Shown here one piece after another: positions 1 through 14,190 of a stretch of DNA of 64,000 bases. Numbering within the stretch: the stretch's first letter is position 1; every line of letters starts with the position of its first letter. Both the position numbers and the translations under genes were made by a program. The DNA lies in NCBI GenBank assembly GCA_964016885.1, contig OZ024747.1, positions 12,772,001 through 12,836,000 on the forward strand. Reading direction: 5' to 3'. Under the pieces are notes generated by a model, which ran no database searches, was not told where the DNA came from, and saw nothing but the letters and a program-made list of their open reading frames with translations. The stretch comes from Eledone cirrhosa. Its lineage: Eukaryota.

Positions 1-868
1 AACACAGAAGATCTCCAATATAATGTAGTTGATAGACAGACTCATGGTCTTCTATATAGCGTAGTTGATAGACAGACACATGATCTATATAACGTAGTTG
101 AAAGACAGACTCATGGTCTTCTCTATAGCGTAGTTGACAGACAGACACATGATCTATATAACGTAGTTGATAGACAGACTCATGGTCTTCTATATAGCGT
201 AGTTGATAGACAGACTCATGGTCTTCTATATAGTGTAGTTGATAGACAGACACATGATCTATATAACGTAGTTGATAGACAGACACGATCTATATAACGT
301 AGTTGATAGACAGACTCATGGTCTTCTATATAGCGTAGTTGATAGACAGAATCATGGTCTTCTATATAGCGTAGTTGATAGACAGACACATGATCTATAT
401 AACGTAGTTGATAGACAGACTCATGGTCTTCTATATAGCGTAGTTGATAGACAGACACATGATCTATATAACGTAGTTGATAGACAGACTCATGGTCTTC
501 TATATAGCGTAGTTGATATACAGACACATGATCTATATAACGTAGTTGATAGACAGACTCATGGTCTTCTATATAGCGTAGTTGATAGACAGACACATGA
601 TCTATATAACGTAGTTGATAGACAGACACATGATCTATATAACGTAGTTGATAGACAGACTCATGGTCTTCTATATAGCGTAGTTGATAGACAGACACAT
701 GATCTATATAACGTAGTTGATAGACAGACACATGATCTATATAACGTAGTTGATAGACAGACTCATGGTCTTCTATATAACGTAGTTGATAGACAGACTC
801 ATGGTGTTCTATATAGCGTAGTTGATAGACAGACACATGGTCTTCTATATAACGTAGTTGATAGACAC
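1..868. repeat. Minisatellite of interleaved 36-bp and 33-bp units
   Basis: Units GTAGTTGATAGACAGACTCATGGTCTTCTATATAGC (36) and GTAGTTGATAGACAGACACATGATCTATATAAC (33). Both lengths are multiples of 3, which explains the repetitive ORFs 216..836 and 272..940. Confidence 0.95.
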
Positions 869-1080
869 GAGATGTTCAATATTACGTACTCTCGGGTCTT
901 AAATAATAGGGGTGGGCTGAATATACGCTTCAATTCATAGATATGCCTCGGGCTGATTAATGGTATTGCTTTCTCAAAGCACCGGTGATAAAGCAACGCA
1001 AAAGATCAGCCTGTAACTTATCAATGAATTGAAACAGCAGCAGTAAGTTTTATTTCTTCGAGTGTTTTCTGTTCAACTAT

Positions 1081-1135
1081 TAGCTGTCTGATGAGGTCAT
1101 AACTGTTGCATAACAGTTACCATCGAAAGCGATTG
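1081..1135 (+). ncRNA. Truncated hammerhead-ribozyme-like motif
   Basis: CTGATGA (1088), stem TAACTGTT-gcat-AACAGTTA, then GAAA (1125). Stem III and the stem I 3' strand are missing where the CRE-like fragment begins. Confidence 0.45.
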
Positions 1136-1145
1136 TAAACCCTCT

Positions 1146-2078
1146 GTGTTCAGAGAACGTGAGGCCGCCTGTGAGACGTGGGACCGGCTGGGACTTAGCC
1201 CAGTAGACGTCCCTCCTCCTTCTCCCTCTGTTGACGTCAAGTCCTCCCCAACGCACTTGGGATGCCATCCAGTGCAGCCTGGCCTCAGACAGGCTCACGC
1301 GCCAGCTCGACCAGCACCGCCTGCTTGTTTTCGTGCGGCCTCAAAACCCCACAGTGGTGCCTGGCTCCATGCTCTGCCCTCCTTCTCCACTGGCACGCAG
1401 CTAGACAACCATAGCCCGCGAATCGGCGTTTCCCTGAGGCTCGGCCTCCGGATCTGCCAGCCACACCAATGTCGCTGCGGTTCCACCGTGGACTCTTTCG
1501 GCCTCCACCCGCTTTCCTGTCGCCACAATGCCGGCCGCATTCCACGCCATACTGCCCTCAACGAGGTCATTAAGCATGGCTTGGACGCTGCAGGCTTCCC
1601 TTCCCAACTCGAGCCAGTGGGGCTGGATCGAGGGGACGGTAAAAGGCCAGATGGCATGACCATCTTCCCGCTCCGCGGTGGCAAACCCCTCGTCTGGGAT
1701 GCCACTTGCTCCGACACTTTCTGCAGCCGCAACCTGGTGCAGTCTGCGACTGACCCAGGTTCTGCTGCACGTCGGGCTGAGGGGGCCAAACTCCTCAAAT
1801 ACTGGTCGCTCTCCTACAGGTTTGCGGTCGTCCCCCTGGCACTGGCAGTGGAGACTTCTGGTGTCCTCAGCCCCAGGGCTACCTCCTTACTCACCACCAT
1901 AGGCGCTGAGCTGGCCAGCCGCAGGTGTGAGCCCCGCGAGTTGGAGAGGCTTTTCCAGCGCGCCTCCCAGTCTGTCCGCCGGGGCTGTGGGTGGGCCCCA
2001 TCGCGTACCAATACATTAGTTAAATACCGTTCTTTCATCTGACACAACACAATAAAGACAGTGTGAAACATTAAAAAA
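1146..2078 (+). mobile_element. 5'-truncated CRE-like non-LTR retrotransposon (zinc knuckle + restriction-like endonuclease C-terminus)
   Basis: ORF 1146..2042 shows SGAWLHALP, C-x-C..H..C (CRCGSTVDSFGLHPLSC), RH, KRPDG, LVWDAT, AExxKxxKY, VETSG and LFQR motifs typical of CRE-clade RLE elements. AATAAA and an A-run precede the (TA)n tract. Confidence 0.85.
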
Positions 2079-3085
<1,007 letters not shown>

Positions 3086-3105
3086 TATTATAATTATACT
3101 CCGGA

Positions 3106-3320
3106 GTGGTGGTTTGGCAGTGTCGGTAGAGAGTCGGACGCCATGTTTTGCAGCATAGAGTTACAGCCCTTTTTGATCCGAGTTCAAATCTAGTCGAGGT
3201 TAACTTTGCCTTTCATCCTTACGAGGTCGATAAAATAAAGTACCAGGCACGCATTGGGGTCGATTTAATCGACTTTCCTCTCCCCCAATATTGTTGGCCT
3301 CGTGTCTATATAAGAAATTA
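3106..3320 (+). mobile_element. tRNA-derived SINE family A (long subtype)
   Basis: A-box-like TGGCAGTGTCGG, B-box GAGTTCAAATC, body GCCTTTCATCCTTACGAGGTCGATAAAATAAAGTACCAG. Target duplication TAATTATACTCCGGAGT on both sides. Confidence 0.9.
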
Positions 3321-3529
3321 TAATTATACTCCGGAGTATGCAGACCTTTTTGTATATTTCGTCGAGTGATCTATTTTGCATACAACAGTGTCGGATGATT
3401 AACTAACACACACAAAATTTATTTTTTATCATTAACCATATAAAAAATAATAATAATATATTTTTAGAGAAGGGCTTCAAATTTCACATAGCTTTTAGGG
3501 CCTCAGCGGGTGAAAGTCCGGCTCTGGTC

Positions 3530-4830
3530 AGAACTAACTATATTTAGTATATTGTCTAATATAGCAACACTGTAATAGCTTATTGCATCTTAATAACTTA
3601 AACTAACTATATTTGATAAACTAACATAGCTAGACTGTAATAAGGTTAACTAACTATATTTGATATATTAACTAACATAGCTACACTGTAATAACGTTAA
3701 CTAACTATATTTGATATATTAACTAACATAGCTACACTGTAATAACGTTAACTAACTATATTTGATATATTGACTAACATAGCTAGACTGTAAGAACTGT
3801 TTCTACTTTTGGCACAAGGCCATCAATTACCCAGTGCATTACTGGTACTTTATTTTATCGACCCCGTAAGGATGAAAGGCAAAGTGGACCGCGGCGGGAT
3901 TTGAACTCAGACCGCAAAGGGACGTAACTATGCTGGAAAGCATGGCGTCCGACCCTCTACCGATACTGCCAAGCCACCACCCTTAACGTTAACTAACTAT
4001 ATTTGATATATTAACTAACATAGCTACACTGTAATAACGTTAACTAACTATATTTGATATATTGACTAACATAGCTAGACTGTAATAACGTTAACTAACT
4101 ATATTTGATATATTAACTAACATAGCTAGACTGTAATAACTTAATCTAACTATATTTGATATATTAACTAACATAGCTAGACTGTAATAACTTAATCTAA
4201 CTATATTTGATATATTAACTAACATAGCTAGACTGTAATAACGTTAACTAACTATATTTGATATATTAACTAACATAGCTAGACTGTAATAACGTTAACT
4301 AACTATATTTGATATATTAACTAACATAGCTAGACTGTAATAACGTTAACTAACTGTATTTGATATATTAACTAACATAGCTAGACTGTAATAATGTTAA
4401 CTAACTGTATTTGATATATTAACTAACATAGCTAGACTGTAATAACGTTAACTAACTATATTTGATATATTAACTAACATAGCTAGACTGTAATAACGTT
4501 AACTAACTATATTTGATACATTAACTAACATAGCGAGACTGTAATAACGTTAACTAACTATATGTGATATATTAACTAACATAGCTACACTGTAATAACG
4601 TTAACTAACTGTATTTGATATATTAACTAACATAGCTAGACTGTAATAACGTTAACTAACTGTATTTGATACATTGACTAACATCACTGTAATAGCTTAA
4701 ACTGACTAACTATATTTGATATATTAACTAACATAGCTAGACTGTAATAACTTAAACTAACTATATTTGATATATTAACTAACATAGCTAGACTGTAATA
4801 ACTTTAATTAACTGTATTTGATATATTGTC
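3530..4830. repeat. 51-bp minisatellite interrupted by a SINE
   Basis: Unit TAACTAACTATATTTGATATATTAACTAACATAGCTAGACTGTAATAACGT, period 51. Confidence 0.95.
3796..3982 (-). mobile_element. SINE family A (short subtype) inside the 51-bp array
   Basis: Reverse complement of the family A consensus. The array resumes in phase after it. Confidence 0.9.
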
Positions 4831-4906
4831 TGCTGTAGCGACATTGGAAAGGTTTAACCAATAAAGCAACTGGTTTCCTCGTATGAAGATTCAAATGTCG
4901 ACGGTA

Positions 4907-5761
4907 AATTCTAGTAATCTAGTCTCTACCAAGTCAATTCTAGTAATCTAGTCTCTACCAAGTCAATTCTAGTAATCTAGTCTCTACCAAGTCAATTCTA
5001 GTAATCTAGCCTCTACCAAGTGAATTCTAGTAATCTAGTCTCTACCAAGTCAATTCTAGTAATCTAGTCTCTACCAAGTGAATTCTAGTAATCTAGTCTC
5101 TACCAAGTCAATTCTAGTAATCTAGCCTCTACCAAGTCAATTCTAGTAATCTAGTCTCTACCAAGTCAATTCTAGTAATCTAGTCTCTACCAAGTCAATT
5201 CTAGTAATCTAGCCTCTACCAAGTCAATTCTAGTAATCTAGCCTCTACCAAGTCAATTCTAGTAATCTAGCCTCTACCAAGTCAATTCTAGTAATCTAGT
5301 CTCTACCAAGTCAATTCTAGTAATCTAGCCTCTACCAAGTCAATTCTAGTAATCTAGTCTCTACCAAGTCAATTCTAGTAATCTAGTCTCTACCAAGTCA
5401 ATTCTAGTAATCTAGCCTCTACCAAGTCAATTCTAGTAATCTAGCCTCTACCAACTCAATTCTAATAATCTAGTCTCTACCAAGTCAATTCTAGTAATCT
5501 AGTCTCTACCAAGTCAATTCTAGTAATCTAGTCTCTACCAAGTCAATTCTAGTAATCTAGTCTCTACCAAGTCAATTCTAGTAATCTAGCCTCTACCAAG
5601 TCAATTCTAGTAATCTAGCCTCTACCAAGTCAATTCTAGTAATCTAGTCTCTACCAAGTCAATTCTAGTAATCTAGCCTCTACCAAGTCAATTCTAGTAA
5701 TCTCGTCTCTACCAAGTCAATTCTAGTAATCTAGTCTCTACCAAGTCAATTCTAGTAATCT
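4907..5761. repeat. 29-bp minisatellite, about 29 copies
   Basis: Unit AATTCTAGTAATCTAG(T/C)CTCTACCAAGTC. Confidence 0.95.
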
Positions 5762-6671
5762 CATTGAGTGAACAAATCCACCAAAAATACTCCATATTTA
5801 TAAAAGGTGACAAATGAAAAGAAATCCTTATTTTCAAGGAAAGTCAATTTTCAGAATTGGTGGAGCGTCGGACAAAATAAGTTTAGTTACGATCTGTGTT
5901 TAAATTTGGCTTGTGTCCTTCTGGGATCAATAAACTGAAGTACTACTGAGGACGATTTTATTAACTATACTTCCCTTCACTCATCTAACTCAAGGCCTTG
6001 TGCTCACGTTAGAAATCCTTATCTATACAAGCTGAAGTGATAAGTGACGTGATAAAGTAATAAGTTCTCACTGATGCAGGGCACGGTTGTACTGTCTCTG
6101 TTTTATATTTCAGTTGATAGCGGGAAACTGAAACTTTTTACTTATATAAGAATACAATAAATGAATTTCTTTATATCTGGTAAAACAAAGATTCGGTTCG
6201 AAACTTTTGTCCCCCAAGTATTGGAGTAAAGATAAATAGTACCAGATACAGTGGACACTAGAGTTGATAGAAGAAATGGATATCATCTGCCAATTGCTTC
6301 AAGTGAACCTTAATCTATGTAATACCATACCATGAATGTTTGGTAAAATAAGCTTCTTGGGTAGCCGTAGCTGATCCCATCAACGATCTATTTATTTTAA
6401 ATTATATAACAGCAAACTGTTATTAGTCAACACTTAAACACGTTCTGCAAACGACATCAGTGATCCGATCAATACATTTTTTCACCGTGTCCACCAGTCA
6501 GAGCTTTCATTGGTCAGATGGAAGAAAAACAAATATACCAAAGCTCATTTATATGATATTCACATATATTAACTAGATTCCCACCACACCCGCACTGTCA
6601 CTCAAAGAATCATGTAAAGGCATTCTAATTAAGATTATATCAAATGCAAGAACAGCAGACCCGATATACTT

Positions 6672-6900
<229 letters not shown>

Positions 6901-7242
6901 TGCGACCGATAGATAGTATTAGCAATTGGAAAGACCAATGGAAATATTATTTCCTCGGTCCGATTTGACGAAAGTCGATAACTGTCCATATATATATATA
7001 TACAGAGAAGTTACCTGTCATTGCTGATGTGAGCATTAGGTGAAACGTCAGCAAACAGGACAACACTAATGAGTTGTTTCTACAGAACATTCAGTTTCCA
7101 TACCTGGATTATAGGTTCATATTTCCATCACATCTTTCGTGTATTTAGCAAAGTTATAAACATTTCTACAAAACATATAGTTTTTATAATTGAATTATAA
7201 GTTCATGTTTCTACCATAAACATTTTACTGGGATTATTAGGT

Positions 7243-7652
7243 GCATAAAAGACACCTCTCTAACTCGAACCATAAAAGACACCTCTCTAACTCGAACCAT
7301 AAAAGACACCTCTCTAACTCGAACCATAAAAGACACCTCTCTAACTCGAACCATAAAAGACACCTCTCTAAACTCGAACCATAAAAGACACCTCTCCAAC
7401 TCGAACCATAAAAGACACCTCTCCAACTCGAACCATAAAAGACACCTCTCTAACTCGAACCATAAAAGACACCTCTCCAACTCGAACCATAAAAGACACC
7501 TCTCCAACTCGAACCATAAAAGACACCTCTCCAACTCGAACCATAAAAGACACCTCTCCAACTCGAACCATAAAAGACACCTCTCCAACTCGAACCATAA
7601 AAGACACCTCTCCAACTCGAACCATAAAAGACACCTCTCCAACTCGAACCAT
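7243..7652. repeat. 27-bp minisatellite, about 15 copies
   Basis: Unit CATAAAAGACACCTCTC(T/C)AACTCGAAC. Explains the three repetitive minus-strand ORFs. Confidence 0.95.
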
Positions 7653-7664
7653 ATTTAAGCAAAG

Positions 7665-7880
7665 AGCGGTGGCTTGGAAGTATCGGTAGAGAGTCGGACA
7701 CCATGCTTTGCAGCATAGAGTTACATCCTTTTACGGTCTGAGTTCAAATCCCGCCGAGATTAACTTTGCCTTTCATCCTTATGGGGTCGATAAAATAAAG
7801 CACCAGTAACGTACTGGGGTCGATTTAATCGACTTTCCTCTTCTCCCAAATTACTGGCCTTGTGCTTATACTAGAAATCA
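7665..7880 (+). mobile_element. SINE family A (long subtype)
   Basis: Full consensus. TSD CATATTTAAGCAA. Confidence 0.9.
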
Positions 7881-7984
7881 TATTTAAGCAACTCTAAAAA
7901 CACAATTTGTAAGAGAGAAACTATATACAATTTTGTAAGGTTTAGGTTTTGGCATTTATTGAATTGTTGAACTAAAAAATACCC

Positions 7985-8285
7985 TCACACACTTACACAC
8001 ACATACACACACACATGCATATACACACATACATACACACATACACACACACATACACACATACACACACACATACACGCATACATACACACACACACAC
8101 ATACACGCATACACACATACACACATACATACACACATACATACATACACATACACACACATACATACACACGCACATACATACATACACATACACACAC
8201 ATACATACACACATACACACACATACATACACACACATACACACACATATACACACATACATACATATATACACACTCACACACA
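7985..8285. repeat. Compound (CA)n/(CATA)n microsatellite
   Basis: Directly visible. Confidence 0.95.
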
Positions 8286-8666
8286 GATGCCAATTATTGT
8301 TAAAAGCATATTTATATTCTATAAACATTGAATGTGATTCAGTTTAAGCACCTGTAGAAGTCACTATAAACCTTCCGTCATAATTTCATTTAAGAATCTT
8401 TGTTAAATGCGTTAAGTGCAATTCAGCGAAGAAGAAATAAATTTTATTATTCTCCAGACAAACTGTTGTTCTCTGTACAAATTTAATAAAAGAGAGAGAG
8501 AGGGAACAAGCAAATGGCGAAAGTAAGGTGTTGTGTGGGAAGAAGCAGCAGACACTATACCCCAGTTTAGGCGGGGTTCTTCTGTGACCCTAAACTCCGC
8601 CAGTTGCAGACTGCGCATTAACATGTGACATCCCTCGCCACAAAGTTCGATCACCAACAGCAGAGT

Positions 8667-8909
8667 TCAAAGAGCGTAGATCAAGTCCAGCCCATACGTT
8701 GACATAAACACAACCACAAGGATATGGTCCGAACGTAGAAGAGAAGAACTCCCACTGTCATCGCCTCCATCTCTCTCGCCCTCCCCATCTCTCTGTATGC
8801 TGAGCAAATGGGGTTCCACGTGCTGGCCTCCCCACAACCCCGGCGGACAGAATGGAGAAGGCCTTTCCCCGGAGGATGGTAAGGGAGATGCGCTGGAGGA
8901 GCCATTCAA
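8667..8909 (-). mobile_element. CRE-like retrotransposon 3' fragment
   Basis: Minus strand reads EWLLQRISLTILRGKAFSILSA, the conserved CRE C-terminal helix. Nucleotide similarity to 56390-56540. Confidence 0.7.
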
Positions 8910-9204
8910 GTTGACATTGTCAAGTCATCGTTTTGGCTGCCGGCCTCTGCTTCTCTTACCAGCCAACATTCCTTCCAGGCATGACCTACTCACACCACGA
9001 GTTTATCTTTTTATATGACAGTATAGTTTAAGTACTCTTGACTTGACAAATGATATAATTGGTCAAAGTCTGGTAATGTTGAGCAGCTCACTGATACAGA
9101 TACGGTCGCTGAGTCGCTTGCCAGTCATAAGTCTCATGATGTGGTTCTGGAATATAGAGAGCTTCTGAAGTGACCTTGTTGTCCAATTAACACAGTCAAG
9201 GCCT

Positions 9205-9453
9205 TAATTGCACCCGGCGGACAAAATGGCTAAGACATTGCCACGTATAACAGCTAGCGATACTCACTGTATCAACCACACCACTCCTTAGGACCTCAGG
9301 GCTCCTTCATCAGGCGGGATACACGCCTCCCAGTTTTGCGGAGGAAAATGGCAGTTTAGGTACCGAGGACACCAGAGGTCTCAACGACCAAAAGGAAGCG
9401 GTTGGTAAAGCCCCCAATATCTAGCTATTTTCTTCCCTTCCGCGTTACGGGCA
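9205..9453 (-). pseudogene. Degenerate CRE-like endonuclease C-terminus
   Basis: Frameshifted minus-strand translation ARNAEGKK..RY / LLVVETSGVLG / VSLAVIRGNVLAILSAG parallels ORF 1146..2042. Confidence 0.7.
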
Positions 9454-9759
9454 TGTGGAAGCACTTGGCCTAGTGGTAAGGGTGTTGGACTTACGATCAT
9501 AATATCGTGAGTTCGATTCCTGGGCTGGGTTGTGTTTCACGTTTATCCAATATACTCAGCTGAAAAGGAATATCCTCAATAGCAAGGGTGAGGGGTTAAG
9601 TCTGCGATGGACATAAAACGTCTCGGGTGACGAACGGTGCCTCGGGTAATGAACATGCAAGCCGGCAACAACAGTTGGCCATAAACTAGGTATATCCACA
9701 GGAAAGCATCACTTGTTGTGTAGTTAGTTACTATGGTGATATCTATCTGTCTTTCACAC

Positions 9760-9824
<65 letters not shown>

Positions 9825-10305
9825 ATTTCTCTTTCAACATTTCATATGGGAAAAATAGTTTCGGTTTACAAACATTTCGATTGACGCACGGCATTTAGGA
9901 ACGAATTAAGTTTGTGAACCGAGGCTCCACTGTAGACAGAAATACAGCAACTGCGAAAAGAGTAGAGTAACATTGCAGTAATTTACTGACAGTATGTCTA
10001 GACTAGAGAAAAACATGTGATTCTGTCCATAAATCATTATTTATAATTAGTTTACATGTCTTACTAAATCATAGTCCACTAAGCAGTTAAAATTGGAAAC
10101 ATCTGTCACAAATAACGAGAGATTATTTAATAGAATATTCTTGGAGACAGACTCACTTCACTGTTTGTGCTGTGAAACTCGATTAGTTTATATCTGTTGA
10201 GGGAAAACTAATGGTATTTTTAAACATATTTAGATATGGACATGAAGATGTTGCCTTTGTCTTACTATGGCCTTCTTCTTCTTCTTCTTCTTCTTCTTCT
10301 TCTTC

Positions 10306-10349
<44 letters not shown>

Positions 10350-10350
<1 letters not shown>

Positions 10351-10550
10351 AGAGAGTCGTGGGGACAGAATCCTCAAACACTCCTTCCAGCGGGTCCTGT
10401 CAGAAGCAACTGTCTACAACTGACCCGGCTGGATCCCCAAGCTAGACCAGCCAAGCTCATGGATGTTATCCAACCACCATACTCCGGATCTACTTCCGCC
10501 GGGTCTTCTGCCAGTTGGTTTTGCCCGATATTTCCACAACGTTGCTACGC
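10350..10550 (-). mobile_element. RTE-like LINE 3' fragment
   Basis: Minus strand reads WWLDNIHELGWSSLGIQPGQL*TVASDRTRWKECLRILSPRLS, followed by (GA)n/(AAG)n. Second copy at 60645-60770. Confidence 0.6.
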
Positions 10551-11996
10551 AACAAAGATTTTTAGCGATTTATTTATCGATCGCTGGAAATGATTATATA
10601 TTTAATTTAATTATATAAAATTGTATAAAACTGTGATCCTTTAAGGTTCAGCAATGCGCCCTCTAAAGTCTGCGTCCTAGGGGTATTTTGTGAGGCTTTA
10701 TGACCAAGTGTATACACTCACGGACAAATACGTAAACCAACTTTTTAAAAATCCTTTTAAAATCAGAATATATTTGACATGCAATGTTAACATTAGTAAA
10801 AATAAGTGAGAGAATCTTTGGCAATGCTGTTTATTTTGATACATTATATACATATTTTTTCATATTATTGAGTAGAGTAATGTATATTTTTTCAAAAAAG
10901 ATATATACTTTATCAAAATAACCAGCATTGCCAAAGATTAAAATCACTTTCCGTTGCCTTCTATATTTAATCAGTTTTAATTAATTTAAAATTCGATATA
11001 GCCTTCTCTGTTTTTCTTGACCAGAATTAGTTATTAAAATAATGATTTTTTTCTTATCGCTAAAGGTGTGATTTTAATTAAATTTTCTTGTGTCACTACA
11101 TCAAGCAAATCAACGTTCTCTTTAGTATTAATGTTTCATGTAATCAGCTTCTTTCGATATTCCTCCCACTAGTCATTCTTCTAATAAGTGAATATTTTGC
11201 TACATAGTACAGTAGTAAAATATCGAATGTAAAATATCAGCCATTTTCCCAGCAATCTTACAGTATTGTTTCCTGCGGCTAACATGAGATGAAAATGTGA
11301 ATTTAAAGACTACACTGGTAGAAAATAACACCAGGACATACGATTGTTTACAGATATGTTTAAAATATACCTTGACCTATATAAATATCTAATAGAATCT
11401 AAGACAAATGTAATCTGCCACGTAACACAAACGATTTGTAAGGTTTAGAGAGACTAGAGTTCGTTGAAAAGTCGTCAAAATTAGGTGAAACACACTCGCA
11501 GGCAATTTCCGTTCTAGTTGACGAAAAATTTAAGTTAATCATTAACCTATATTGTTGTTTCTTTAACTTCATATACGACTAGATACGTTAGTTGTTTACT
11601 GTTCTAATCATTAAACATGTATAGGAAAACAAATGGGTAGGTAGTAAATATGACAAGAAGAATTACGTCTTTCATTTCATAAAGCGAGAGAGAAAAAAAG
11701 AAAGATCGTGGCGGATTTTGCTGGTGAAATAAAGCTATAGAAATTAAGAGAGAATTGAGATTTGAACATTTCTCATTAAGTAGAGTAAGGCTTATATGAA
11801 TGTGTTTGTAAGAATTGCATATCAATAAATCATTTAAACAATTGATGCTGTAGAAATATTCGGGAAAATGGCACATAGATATCTCGCTCTTTCAGAAAGT
11901 CTCTTGAATAATGTGTGTAGCAAATGTCTGTGTTTTAAAACTGGTGTGTTATGGGAAATATAAACATATTTTAGTGCTTAGAAATCAATTTTAAAT

Positions 11997-12185
11997 AATT
12001 GTTTCTACTTTTGGCACAAGGCCAGCATTTATCCCAGTGCATTACAAGAACTTTATTTTATCGACCCCGTAAGGACGAAAGGCAAAGTTAACCTCGGTGG
12101 GATTTGAACTCAGACAATAAAGGGTCATAACTCTTTGCTGCAAAGCATGGCGTCCGACCCTCTACCGATACTGCCAATCCACCGT
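11997..12185 (-). mobile_element. SINE family A (short subtype)
   Basis: Consensus match. TSD TCAATTTTAAATAAT. Confidence 0.9.
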
Positions 12186-12619
12186 CAATTTTAAATAATG
12201 CGAGTGACACATGTTCGTGGTGCTGGAATTATTTCGGACTAACTTTAAAAATAGGAAGGGTCTTGAAAGAGGTAACGAGGACTTCGTCGTCTGCGAAACA
12301 TATCTGGCTAACGGGTCGAATACCTGGACTTTTATAGAGTAAAATCGGCTCAAACAACTGTTTAAAAACCGCAGTTAGCTGCTACATGTTTTTCAACCCG
12401 AGACATGGATTCATAGTGTCTATTTGCTAACGAGAAGCAAAGAAATACGAGTTCAATTCTAGGCTTTGTTATTTAACGACCATTTTCTGCTATATATGGT
12501 TCATCTACATTACTGCAATTGTATTCTGACCGTAGCTTCCGACTTAGGCTTACAAGTCTTAAAGCACAAGGTTATGTAATACAATTATGAGACTCAATCC
12601 AAAGAGGCTGGTGTTTTGG

Positions 12620-12902
12620 ATATTCACGGAGTTGCTCAGAGTTGCTGAAGCATGGAACAAACTACCTGCATCAGTTATTAGCTGTCGAGACACTGCATCT
12701 TTTAAAACCTCCATGCTTCCTGAGATTCGCCAACACTACACCCGATGTCACCCCTCCATACACACCCACACATGTATTTCATGACTCGTACACTGTTAAT
12801 TTTCCTGACATTTGTACATTATTTTATGTACTATACATGCACCTTTGATGAGTTGTAGTGCACCTGAGCACTGTATACAATAATTTCATTATTATTATTA
12901 TT
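12620..12902 (+). mobile_element. CR1/L2-like LINE 3' end
   Basis: RVAEAWNKLPASVISCRDTASFK matches the RV..WNxLP..V....FK end of CR1-group ORF2. The 3' UTR ends in (ATT)n. Confidence 0.75.
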
Positions 12903-13086
12903 GGATTGGCAGTATCGGTAGAGGGTCGGACGCCATGCTTTCCAGCATAGAGATACGGCCCTTGCCATTCTGAGTTCAAATCCCGCCAAGGTTAACTTTG
13001 CCTTTCATCCTTACGGGGTCGATAAAATAAAGTACCAGTAATGCACTGGTTAATTGCTGGCCTTGTGCCTAACGTAGAAACAATTA
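12901..13086 (+). mobile_element. SINE family A (short subtype) inserted in the LINE (ATT)n tail
   Basis: Consensus match, flanked by ATT repeats. Confidence 0.9.
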
Positions 13087-13387
13087 TTATTATTATCATT
13101 AAATGACTGACAGAGGTCAAATTTGACTTTTATTCTTTCTGGGTCAATAAAATAAAGTACCAGTAATGCAGTGAGGTCGATTTAATATTCCTTTATAGTA
13201 TCCTATTCATAAATAGAATCATATGACTTCATCTGTGATTACTGATATGATATACATATGTAAAGAGGAACACAAAAGCATTTATACACACATAAAAAAG
13301 AAAAAATATGCTTCATCTTGTCGAAAGTTCAACAAAAGAGTTTTGACGTTTGTTTAAAGATTTGTTATATTGTTGACAAGAAAGCAC

Positions 13388-13860
<473 letters not shown>

Positions 13861-13875
13861 CGTATGCACACGTAC

Positions 13876-13957
13876 CTGCAAATGAACGATGAAGCTTCAA
13901 TGAGGTGGCTAGAACAGCAAGAAATAGCAGTCAAGACTCCTTATTGTAAACTACACC
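13876..13957 (-). other. Candidate 82-nt non-coding internal exon
   Basis: Minus strand: ACTAAT branch-like motif, GCTTCCTTCCTTTTCAG acceptor, exon, then CAG|GTACGT donor. Stop codons in all three frames. Confidence 0.45.
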
Positions 13958-14141
13958 CTGAAAAGGAAGGAAGCATTAGTTAATGTAGTCTTAGATGTAC
14001 GATGCTTAAAATAAAGAAATGATATTCAAGGTTGGAAGATCTTTGATATGTTTGTTTGACCAGGGCTTGGCTGGTGTCTAAATAACAACACATTCGTGTA
14101 TATACGTATATACATACATACTGCCTCCTGTCCATTTTACT

Positions 14142-14187
<46 letters not shown>

Positions 14188-14190
<3 letters not shown>

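Noticed and set aside
216-940. Repetitive 206 and 222 aa ORFs
   Set aside because: Minisatellite units are multiples of 3 and open on both strands. No sign of a gene.
3148-3369. Recurrent peptide [17 protein letters not shown] as a gene family
   Set aside because: It is the translation of the SINE A body.
4907-5761. CRISPR-like appearance of the 25-36 bp repeats (also 7243 and 39121)
   Set aside because: Units are head-to-tail with no unique spacers, there are no cas genes, and the context is eukaryotic.
7956-8347. His/Thr- or Cys/Val-rich ORFs (also 13318-13983)
   Set aside because: Translations of (CA)n/(TG)n microsatellites.
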